This document shows positions 40,143 through 50,704 of a stretch of DNA of 64,000 bases, in pieces; position 1 is the stretch's first letter; every line of letters starts with the position of its first letter. Source of the DNA: Octopus vulgaris. Lineage: Eukaryota. The notes below the pieces were generated by a model that saw only the letters and a program-made list of their open reading frames with translations, was not told the origin of the DNA and made no database searches. Location of the stretch: positions 151,280,001 through 151,344,000 of the forward strand of contig OX597816.1 in NCBI GenBank assembly GCA_951406725.2, in the 5' to 3' direction. The position numbers were made by a program, and so were the translations under genes.

Positions 40143-40597
40143 GTCTTGGTTTTGGACGACTGTTGCTGTAATTTAACCCCAGGAGACATAGTCTCCAGCT
40201 GGCTACATGACACGATCTGTGTCCTTGTATTTTCTAACAAGGGAATCTAGCAGACCCACTCGGCTCAAAATAATATCTGTGTATCGCAATTCCTGGGTTA
40301 TTTCTCTTCATCAGCACAGAATAATCGTTCAACTAGAGGTGGCGCTGCCAAATTCCCATTCGAAAACTATATATTTTGAACGGGAATTTGGCAGTGCCAC
40401 CTCTAACCGAACAATTATTCTGTGCTGATGAAGGAAAATAACCCGGAAATCGCGATACACAGATATTGTTATGAGCTTAGTGGGGATGCTGGATTCCCTT
40501 GTTTCAAAATATAAGGACACAGATTGTGTCATATAGCCAGCTAGAGACGATGTCTCCTGGGGCTAAATTACAGCAACAGTCGTCCTAAACCAGGACT
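40143..40597. mobile_element. Almost fully palindromic MITE/foldback (~220-bp arms)
   Basis: 40143-40366 mirrors 40375-40597; the two ORFs 40207+ and 40329- are therefore similar to each other. Confidence 0.88.
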
Positions 40598-41751
40598 GCC
40601 ATATTATGTTGGCAAACAATCTTTACTACAAAGTACTGTTGCTGAATATCTCATGTTGTGAGATTTAAAAATAGTAATTTTCTAATCCAGCTAACTGTTT
40701 ACATTTAGCTTGTTTAAACTTTTCATATTTATGAAAAATAAAATGCAAACATTTCATTTTTCATCTCTTTCTGCATAAAGAACTGCTAGCTAAGTGTGCT
40801 AAATATATTTAAAACAAATGATTGACAGTGTATAAAAACACAGATAGGTTGACTAAGCATTATTAAAGCCATATGGAAAATTATATTTGAATGTAGTATT
40901 TTAATTTAAATTGTTAGTAGTCATCATCATTTTACATCAGCTTTCCATGCTGAATTGAATTGGATGGTCCAATACAATCCAACAAGTTAATAGATTGAGT
41001 TGTGCTCCAGGCAATGATGTAGCTTATAGGGAAACAACCCTCCCAGCACAGTTTTCAAAATTGATGACTTTTTTATGTGCCCACTCTCACTAACATTAGG
41101 ACCTGGCTATGCCCTTTGCTCCAGTGTCTCAATTTTGGCACAGTTTCTACTGCTGGATGCCCTACCTAACACCAACCAATTTAAATAGTGTACTAAGTAA
41201 TTTTTTCATAGTACCACCACTAGCGAGATTTGCAATGTGCCAGTGTAAAGAGACCCCATGAGTAAAAGGGGAATAGGAAAAAGAGATTGATTTTTAAGTA
41301 AGGTGATGAGAGTAAAGCAGAATAGGAGGAATAGACTTATTGTTGTGAGAGGGTGTTATCGGCACTAGTAACTTGTAAGACAAAAAAGAAAAAGGAAAAG
41401 GAGTGTACTTGAGAGAGAGAGGGAGATGGCTACAGGTCACTCTTAGTCTTACAAGCTGGGTAGATATGCTTTGTTGTGGAGATCTAATATGGCTACAACA
41501 TGTCCCTTGCTTTTCATCAGTTTGCTTCAAGACCAATTCTGCTCCCCCACTGCATTTCTACATTTTCCAAACACTTCAATTGATTTTATTAAAGTTTTAT
41601 CAAAGCTTATGGTTTTTAAGCTTTTACAAGAGAACTTTGCAATTGTAACAGAAAATGTGGTGCATCAAACAATATAAGTGAGACAGAGTAGAGTTGAAAT
41701 TTCCAAGCTATAAGGAACTATTGTAGTTATAGTTATAAAAAATGGAGAGTA

Positions 41752-42585
41752 TGAGGTGCATTCAAAAAGTATCTGACTTCATTTTTTCCCACTGAAAATA
41801 ATGCAGTGTGGGCAAAATCCTTTGTGTGAGAGGTGATGTCACTCTTTCAGCACATGTTTTCATACTGGTAGGCCATGTTAGTTCCCGGCTGTTACACCTA
41901 GAATACAGATGTGTAGTGGGCACTCGGTGGATTTTCGTTATTGCATCAAGTTTTGGCAAAAGCTTAATGATACTCAAGTTCAACCCATTCAGAAAATTCA
42001 GCAGGCCTTTGCCAATGATGCTATGGGCAAAACTCAGATCAAGGAGTGGTAATGCATGCTTCAAACATGGCCACACATCAATGGAGAGCAAGGCATGCTC
42101 AGGCAGGCCATTCACAAGCTGAAACAAGGAGCTGATTGAGAAGATTTGGTGAATAGTCATGGAAGACTGTCATGTAACAATCCAGGAAATTGTTCATGAA
42201 GTGGGAACAAGCACGAGATCAATGCATTTCATTTTAATGAAAGATTTGTGCATATGGAGAGTGTCTGCACAGTTTATCCCCAAGGTGCTGGCAGAGCAGC
42301 AGAGTTGCCTCTGCATGGAAATCACATAGAACATGCTGGACTGTGCAAACCATGACCCAGACTTCATGAAGACCATTATCACTGGCGATGAGACATAGGT
42401 TTATGGTTTCTGCTCAATGCATTCGGTCATCTTGCATGAAAATGAAAATCTGACAAGTGCATGCTACACGTCTCTACTCTCAGAATATGCTTGAAGAGTG
42501 ATGTCACCTCCCACCCAAATGATTCTCCCCATGTGACATTAGTTTTGGCAGAAAAAATAGTTGGATACATTTTGAATGCACCTCG
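41752..42585 (+). mobile_element. Internally deleted mariner derivative with extended inverted ends
   Basis: TIRs GAGGTGCATTCAAAAAGTATCTGACT / AGTTGGATACATTTTGAATGCACCTC; transposase N-terminus CIKFWQKL..MGKTQIKEW..SGRP through IITGDET only. Confidence 0.88.
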
Positions 42586-43699
42586 GATGCTTGGAGGTCA
42601 GTTATTGAAGGGTTGGTGAAAGCTTCTCTACTTGTTGGATGTTTTTTTGTGAATACTCCATTTTCTACTTATGAGAACAGTAACTCATTGATGCACACGA
42701 GGCAGTGAATAAGCAAAATCATTACAGCATCAGACAAAAGGAGTGGTGGCACTTGTTCTGGTTCATTGCATTCTGAGTTCAAAGCAGTGGATTAATAGAA
42801 TTGTTAGATTTTAGGATAAAATGTTTTACAGTATTTGTTCTAGTTCTTTACGTTCTGAGTGCCTAGGAAGGTGTGGCAGTTTGTATCTAGCCAACAAGAG
42901 GTACCATGTAAAAAAATTTTTTTTTTAATCCAAAAGAAGGTAACAAGAAAACACCTCTATAATCCCACAAAATTTCCATAAGCATATAACGCAAGTCAAA
43001 GAAGCCATTATTTGTTTACCGACCTCATCACGTAAGGAAGAAACTTATCTTTTAGGGAGTTACTAAGCGTTCATGCCTGCAGTATCTTGATACTGGTGCA
43101 AGAGAGAAAACAGGGCGGAGGTAAAGCATACATACACAACCCGTTTTCGGCGTAACAAAAACCCTAACCCTAAACACCGGTGTACATATTCCTTACTTTA
43201 GCCGAAAACAGCTTTTGTAATCAAAACTGGGCGGCTTCCTTAAAAAGTTACGTTATGAAGATTGTCAGACTTGGTATATAAAGGTTTTAGATGTCTATAT
43301 ACTAGTTAAAAGCGACCTGGGTGTGCTGCACTTTTCAACTATATATATATGTAGCCAGCATATGTTACATGCTGGCTACTTGAAATCTTATATAGTTTTT
43401 ATCCTTGATTTTATATATATATAGTGATCATGTTCTCGTGTTTTGATGCTGTTAAGCAGAGCTAAGTTATCACATACAGACTGCTGAATGAATATGCAAG
43501 TATGCATGTTTGAGATTGATGTGAAGAAAAATCAAGTTTGCCGAGAGAGGTGTGCGATGAAGCAGAGTGACCATGTCAAAGATGTACAATTCAATAAGAA
43601 ACATGCATAAAAATGGTTTTCTCTGAACTTTCAAATCAAAATTATATTTCTGTATGCTAAGTAAATTTAAATTTTAAGCGTTTTTGCAATAACTATCAC

Positions 43700-44344
43700 T
43701 ACATCATGCGGAAGGAAAAGAGCGAGAAATTGGTGTTTTCTTCCTTTTAAAAATTGCTTTTAGTATTTTCGTGTTTCACACAACGGAAGTACAATTCTGA
43801 AAGCAATATTATCGGAAATTCCGTGCCTTTTTCTTTGTCATGAAGTTAGTGAAAGCTATTCCCAAGCGCCGTCCAGTTTTTATACAAAAGGATGACATAA
43901 TCAGATCCATTTGCAAATCAAATTTCCGAATTTATTTTTAAAACTTACGGCGATACGCCAAACTTACTGTTGTGGCAAAGAATTTACTCTGAAGAGACCC
44001 AGGTAACTTTTCAATTTAGGGAGAAAATATTTCACCAAAACAAATACAACAAAACTTCTGCAAGTTGTTATTAACGACAACTGTTAGAAGAGTTCTAAAC
44101 ACAAATTATTCCGGAACACAGCAACCGGATGTCTAACAGAATAATAAAGACTAATAAACCTGACACACCATCAGTTGATTCACATGCGGATGAATACAAT
44201 GTTTACGCCAAATGAGTTTCCGTGTGTATTTCACATGTACTGTTAACAGACATGTCTTGTTGTGATACCCTCTTCCTGAGAGGTACTCCATAAATTCTCA
44301 GTCCTTTCTTTCCTTTTTTTTTTTTTACTTTGCTACCCATAAAT
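43700..44344 (+). promoter_or_regulatory. Putative internal promoter/5'UTR upstream of the HTH exon
   Basis: CpG-retaining, TE-free stretch with several CGGAA ETS-like cores (e.g. ACGGAAGT near 43783) and a possible donor CAG|GTAACT at 44003. Confidence 0.4.
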
Positions 44345-44890
44345 ATGCAAAGACTAAATAACACGACTGCATATAAAACGTCTTCTGGTAATAAAGTTGC
44401 GGGAGGTGAATGTAAAAGAAAAGCTATAACGCTTGAAGAGAAGCTAGATGTAATACAGCGTTTTGAACGTAATGAAAGAACATGTGATATTGTTCGTGCA
44501 ACGGGAATAAAAGAGTCTACTCTACGCACCATTAGAGACAATGCCGAAAAAATTAAAGCTAGCTATATTGCTGGAACAAGCCTCAGTGCTTGCAAATCTG
44601 TAAGATCGCGACCAAGGGAACTTGAGGAGATGGAGCGGCTTTTATGTTTGTGGTTAGAAGATCAATCAGAAAAACTATCTGGAACAAGCTTTCTCACTAT
44701 AAAAGAAAAAGCTTTATCAATTTATGAAGACCTGAAGAAGAAAGCCGAAAACCCGGCAATCGTGCCTGCTTTTAGTGCTAGTAGTGGCTGGTTTGTTGGT
44801 TTTAAGAATCGTTATACTTTTTATAATGTGAGGTGTGGTGGTGAAGTTCTTAATACACACGAGGAACGTGCTATGACATTTCGTCCTAAG
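44345..44890 (+). CDS. CENP-B/Tigger(pogo)-type DNA-binding exon (HTH_psq-like plus CENP-B HTH), no DDE domain
   Basis: KRKAITLEEKLDVI...IKESTLRTI...EEMERLLCLWLEDQ...IKEKALSIYEDL...FSASSGWFVGFKNRY is typical of Tigger transposase N-termini. Intact ORF ending at donor AAG|GTACTG (phase 0). Confidence 0.85.
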
Positions 44891-45422
44891 GTACTGTAAC
44901 ACGTATTTCATTAAGACATGTAAATTAAACATTCGTTCACAAATCACTTTTTCCAATACATAATTTTTCTTTTTTTATTCTTGCACAAAATCGAGACTAT
45001 TGCTTTATCTCTGTCCCAAAACCGATAAATATATAATCCTTTGTTTGTTCTTTTTATAGAAGCCAAATTTGATCGTTATAAAAGTGTATTGCATTAATAA
45101 TAATATATAATGCAGTAAGGATTTGTTACTACTGACATTATATTTTAAACCTATTTATGGTAAATATTACCTTCTAATATCCCATAGTATTTTGACAAGT
45201 TTTCCAAAGTGGTTTATCTCTCTCTCTGTCTCTCTATTTCACCATTTCATGCATCATGCAAACAATACTTTTGTGTTCGCGATACACAACACTCGCAGAG
45301 TTGATGTTAGAAAATAAAGAGAAATAACTCATCCTGGAAAAGTTGGCAATATAAAGGGATGTCTAAAAGTAACAATTTCATAGATTAATATCAAAAGTGA
45401 TAAAGACAATTTTTCTTTTCAG

Positions 45423-45862
45423 CCTCTAGCACACCAACAGCGTTCACCTTTGGCTATTTCTGATTTGAATCAACCGGTGGAATTCAGTTCATCTGACCAG
45501 TTAAAAGTCAATTCTAACAACGATATACAAAAGGCTATTCAACCTTTCAACATGAATGATGTGCATCTTTCTAGTCGATCTATCATTGATATTGAACAAA
45601 CTGGGAGATCTTTCGGAGTAAAACCTCGCATGAAACGGCTTCCTAAATTGAAACGCCAATTTGGATCCGGAGCTAAAGATTTATCAGTGAACAGATCTCA
45701 TTTATCTCAGAGGCCATCCAACCAAATTAGATCTCATCAGCGATGGATAAAAGAATCTACTGGTAATTCTTCTGTTGGAGAGCAGCATTTTGACGTAGTT
45801 TTAAATAAAAATTCTGTAGAATACAATTCAAAAGTACCAAAAATTAACAGCAATTCAATAGC
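45423..45862 (+). CDS. Linker exon of the BTB gene (polar/basic, probably disordered)
   Basis: Acceptor ttttcttttcag|CCT (phase 0), open frame PLAHQQRSPLAISD...NSNSI, donor GC|GTAAGT (phase 2). Confidence 0.78.
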
Positions 45863-46108
45863 GTAAGTGTCTTAAAAACATTTTTTTTCTTTCAAAGAGA
45901 AATCTACTTTTCGTTTTGTGTGTATAAAATGACAAATTGTTTTATCTTAATGTGTAACATTTCACTTTTATATAATACAGATGATATTTTCTGTTAGATA
46001 TATAAACTATCAAATATTTTATTATATAATGTATCAATATTCAGTTTTGATGCATTTTATATTCGAAAACATTTCGATTTCATTGATAACAATTTATTTT
46101 ATTTAAAG

Positions 46109-46289
46109 TCATTCCCTGTCTGATGAAGTCGTAGTTCTTCCACAATCAACTATACCAGCTGTTCAGAAAGAGAAACGTACTTTAGTTGTACCAAATCACC
46201 AAGTAGCAGTAATGTCCAATCTATTCTCTATGTGGAAAGTTGGGCGTTTGTGTGACTCGTATATTAGTAATGGTACCACAAATGTAATG
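46109..46289 (+). CDS. BTB/POZ domain, N-terminal exon (not in the supplied ORF track)
   Basis: Acceptor ttttatttaaag|T (phase 2). Reads HSLSDEVVVLP...PNHQVAVMSNLFSMWKVGRLCDSYISNGTTNVM, i.e. BTB helix 1 and the LCD motif. Donor ATG|GTATGT (phase 0). Confidence 0.85.
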
Positions 46290-46832
46290 GTATGTATGTT
46301 ATAATTGTTTATCCCTTTTACTCAGTATAAAATTTACATTTTACAATACTAATGAATCATTAAAGATATATTTATAATATTGGTACAGTAAAATAAGCTG
46401 GTATAATTTAATATGTCAGAATTCTGATCTAGTTCAAAAAAGAAAGTTATGGATGTCTATGTCATTGAAATAACATGTTGACGGAAAGATCAGTAGTTCA
46501 AAATACTATCTAGTGTCTCTTAAGTCTCAATGACAATTTTCAGTTAGATGTCATTAGAAGATGCAAGTGCCACAAGTAGTAAGTATACTGTGTAATAAAT
46601 AACTTGTTGTTCTGAGTCTAAATCTTCTTATTGGTAAAACATGCAAAAGAATAACATTCCTATCCAATACTGGAAAATATCTGTGATTTCAAATCTGAGT
46701 AAAATTGCTGCATACTTTACCTACTACTTGGGATGTTTCTCAGCCAGACAATATACACAAGTATTTATGCGGTAGGATCTAACTGAAATTAAATTTAAGT
46801 TCCATTTCTTAAATGCTCTTCTCTCGGTTTTG

Positions 46833-46940
46833 TCAATATCAATGATGGATCAACTAGAAAGATGCACATCATTCATGTTGAAAGGTTGAATAGCCTTTTG
46901 TATATTGTTGTTGACTTTTAACTGGTCAGATGAACTGAAT
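46833..46940 (-). repeat. Intronic inverted copy of exon sequence 45482-45595
   Basis: Reverse complement aligns by eye with 3 substitutions and one 6-nt gap. Confidence 0.93.
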
Positions 46941-47029
46941 CTTTAAAAAATGTGTGCATTGTAGAGAATTTCAAATAGCATTTAGCAATATATAAAGCAT
47001 GTTTTTACCACATTTATTTTATCTTTCAG

Positions 47030-48067
47030 GTTCATAAAATGGTTTTGGGAGCTGTGTGTCCAAAAGTATTGCCCATTCTATATAACACCTCAAGTAGTTT
47101 GTTTCCTAAAGTGACATTTCCAAGTTCAGTCAGTAAAGAAGCACTTTTAGCATTTGCAGAATACATGTACAGTGGTGTGTTAGATCTGAATGAAGATATT
47201 CTAGTGCAGCTGAAAACTATTGGTGAGAGATTAGATATGAAAGATTTTGAACAACTTTGTAGTAATGAATTGAACAAAGCTAAGACTAAAGATATTTTAT
47301 CAGCTGTGGTGGAACCTTTGTTGGCAGAACCTTGTTCTTTATCAGGATTACTCCCTTCCAGAACACATGGAGACTCTAATGAGGTTCAGAACTCTATGTT
47401 AATGAAGATACTTGGAAATATTTACAGCAATAATAGCATGCAAACTGATGTTCCTGTTACCATTGCATCAACATCTGCATCCAGTTCTTCTTCTGTTTCT
47501 GATGTAAGGTCTGCAGAAAATATGGCTACAGACCAGATTGTTGATATCAAAACTGAAGTGGAATCAGAAATAGAGCCTGCAACAAACCACAACTCTCTAC
47601 AATTAAAAATGGAACCGTGTAGTCCTGGTGAAAATCAATATAGTATTCAAGAAGAATTATTCATGGATATTAGCAACATTACTTCCAATAATAATCTTCA
47701 TCTAACACCTGGTACCAGTGCCACTTCTGGAAATATCATCAATAACCAGTATAGAAATGATCTAAATATGGATTCCAATGATATCATCAATATATCTGAT
47801 ATCCCTCAATCTGAAGAGACTTGTTTATCCCAGCATACTGAAGATTGTGATAAAGATACTGATAATCAGAAAGAACTACAGTTAATTTCAGTAACATCTG
47901 CCACAGGGAATATAAGTGAAGACAGTCTCAGTAATAATTCTGATTTGATAGAGATCTCCAGTACCATATGTACAGAACCCCCACCAACATCAAATTCTAG
48001 ACCATACCCTGTAAGTTTATTTTCTGTGAATGGCAGTAAAATTCCAACTACATTACCAGATAGCTGA
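47030..48067 (+). CDS. BTB/POZ domain remainder plus Ser/Asn/acidic low-complexity C-terminus
   Basis: Acceptor ttttatctttcag|GTT gives VHKMVLGAVCP...ALLAFAEYMYSGVLDL...GERLDMKDFEQLC. Stop at 48065-48067, or an alternative donor CCT|GTAAGT at 48011. Contains psi-K-x-E motifs IKTE and LKME. Confidence 0.88.
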   Translation, partial: VHKMVLGAVCPKVLPILYNTSSSLFPKVTFPSSVSKEALLAFAEYMYSGVLDLNEDILVQLKTIGERLDMKDFEQLCSNELNKAKTKDILSAVVEPLLAEPCSLSGLLPSRTHGDSNEVQNSMLMKILGNIYSNNSMQTDVPVTIASTSASSSSSVSDVRSAENMATDQIVDIKTEVESEIEPATNHNSLQLKMEPCSPGENQYSIQEELFMDISNITSNNNLHLTPGTSATSGNIINNQYRNDLNMDSNDIINISDIPQSEETCLSQHTEDCDKDTDNQKELQLISVTSATGNISEDSLSNNSDLIEISSTICTEPPPTSNSRPYPVSLFSVNGSKIPTTLPDS

Positions 48068-49070
48068 ACATATTTGTTGGATCTGTTCCCGATTTAATAG
48101 GTTTGTGTTTCATTTTCTTCCAGTACTCTATTGTATTTATTAAGAGTTCTTATATAATGAGCAAGAAATCTAACTTCATCATCTCAAAAAATTAGAAAAG
48201 TCTATTTTTTCTTTAACAAAGTAGGAAATTGTTTATTAGAAATGATTAAAAATGATAGTAAGATATCCATATATGTTAGATTTGATGCATGTACATTAGA
48301 TTTGGTGTAAAATTGTAACTTTTCACACTGTTAAACTTCTGTTATTATCTTAAATTTATTAATATTGATGCAGGTGTGTCTGTTCCTGCCTACATAGTTT
48401 AGAATCCAGTCCCACTGTGTGGAACCTTGGGAAAGTATCTTCTACTATAAGTCTTGGGCCAACCAAATCGTGTGAGTGGCTTTCATAGGCAGAAACTGAA
48501 AGAAGGCCCATCATGCATGTGTATGTAATATATAGTTAAGAAGTACGCTTTCCAACCAGATGATTTCAGGTTTAGTCTCAATGCATGGGACCTTGGGCAA
48601 GTGTCTTCTACTATAGCTCCAGGCCAACTGAAGCATTGTGAGTTGATTTGGTAGATAGAATTTGAAAGAAGCCTATCTTGTTTGTGTGTATTTATTTTCT
48701 AAAATCCCTCATCACTCAATGGCTTAATTTTTGTGTGTGTGTATGTTTGCATCTCTTTTTTTTTTGACATAACATGATAGCTGTAAATAAATATCACTGT
48801 TATACAAGCAATATTCTGTGAAAACATGTCTGACCATGGGGAAAATATTACCTTGCTTGGTAACAGGTGAGGGTTGGTGACTGAAAGGGCATCCAACCAT
48901 AGAAAATCTGCCTCAGTAAACTCTTTTCAACTCGTGTGAGCATGGAAAAGTGGATGTTAAAATATTGATGATTGATTGACGATGATATGTATATACATAT
49001 ATGTGTATGTATGTATATCTATATAGGTATGTGTGTATATATGTATGTATTTGTATATATTATACATATA

Positions 49071-49291
49071 TATGAGAGAGTGCTGAAAAATTCCTGGCTT
49101 TGGGTAAAATAAAATACAGGCAGATCAATTAATTATGATTTTATTCAACATATTCCCCTCTCAGATTTACACACTTATTGCAGCAGCCCTTCAGTTTTTC
49201 TAAGCTCTGTAAAAGAACTTGGAAGATTGGGCCTCCAACTAGGCCTTTCACAAAACCCTTAGAGGCAGGAACTTTTCAGCACCACCTTGTA
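49071..49291. mobile_element. Mariner-derived MITE inserted in a SINE microsatellite
   Basis: TATGAGAGAGTGCTGAAAAATTCCTG...CAGGAACTTTTCAGCACCACCTTGTA termini. Confidence 0.7.
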
Positions 49292-50689
49292 TGTCTGTGT
49301 ATATTTCTGTGTCCTTGTTTTGACATCATGTAATAGCTGTAAGTGATTGTCACTATCATCAAGCCATGTCATTAATTTTCAATATTCTGTGAAATGTTTG
49401 ACCATGGGGAAATATTACTTTGCTTGGAAACAGGTGAGGGTTGGTGATAACAGCATCTGCCTCAGTAAACTCCATTTGATCTGTGCACACATGGACAAGT
49501 GGACATTAAAACAATGATGGTGACACTGGTGATGATAGTTTTTAGAGGAAGTTGTCAGAAACTTACTTCTGTCATTTCCAATTTATATTGTTCAATTATT
49601 AAGACTCATTATGTTATCTCATTATTGGTTTCAAATTTTGGCACAGGGCCAGAAATTTCAGAGGAGAGTGTAAGTCAGTTACATCAACCCCAATATTCAA
49701 CATCATTATCATCAACATTTCACATCCATTTTCCATGCTGGCATGAATTGAACAGCTTGACAAGAACTGGCAAGACCAGGGGCTGCACCAGGTTCCATAG
49801 TCTGTTTTGGTTTGGTTCATACACATGGATGCCCTTCCTTACACCAACATCTCCATAGTGTACTGGGTGCTTTTGAATGTAAATTTGGAAGAAATGCTTG
49901 GTGCGGTAACTATTCTGCTAGCTCACAGCCCTTTAAAGTTATCTAATTATTAAAACTTATTTTCTAAACATTCCTCATTATTTGTTGACTTAATTTTTAT
50001 TACTTATCAATATTAAAATTTGTATTGATATATTCTTTATATCTACAATCTTATACAATACAAAGCTAGTATAGAAAATAGATTAATTTGCTTGTACTTT
50101 CCAAAAAAATGAATAAGATGTTTTAATTGTTCATGGAATATGTGTAATATATTATTGAGACAGAAAAAAGAAATGTTAAACTCATTTATTTGTTTACATT
50201 AGTCATTTAATTTCCCTACTAATAATTATATCTAATATGGCTTTTCTATATAAGGCAACAAGCTGGCAGAATCGTTAGCATACCAAACAAGATGCTTTGT
50301 GGCATTTCATCTATCTTTATGTTCTGAGTTCAAATTCCACCTTTTATCCTTGGGGTTGATAAAATGATTACCAGTTGAACATGAGGGTTGATTTACACTG
50401 TCCCTTGAAATTACTGGCCGTGAGCCAAAATTTGAAACCAATATGACTTTTCTATTTATAATGTTTCAGTATAATAAAGTATCACGCATTTTATGATTTT
50501 TACTGCAACAATTCAGAACATCATAGCATTTTTTTAATTAACTTATTTCAGATTTCATTAAAAAGCTAAAATCTACAACTTATTTATATAGAAAACAAAA
50601 CATTTGATAACCATTTAGTATTGTCTGTTAAAGTTTACATTTGTTTACTTAAGGTATTTTATGCTCACAGGTTTCTGTTTTAATTGCAG

Positions 50690-50704
50690 AGTGACCAAAA
50701 CTAG
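50690..50704 (+). CDS. Possible short terminal exon (SDQN*) of the BTB gene if the 48011 donor is used
   Basis: Acceptor gtttctgttttaattgcag|AGT GAC CAA AAC TAG lies in TE-poor sequence that could be 3'UTR. Support is splice signals only. Confidence 0.25.
   Translation, partial: SDQN

Noticed and set aside
43160-43175. CCCTAACCCTAA telomere-like motif (also near 26510 and 61648)
   Set aside because: Only two units, embedded in dispersed repeats; not an interstitial telomere.
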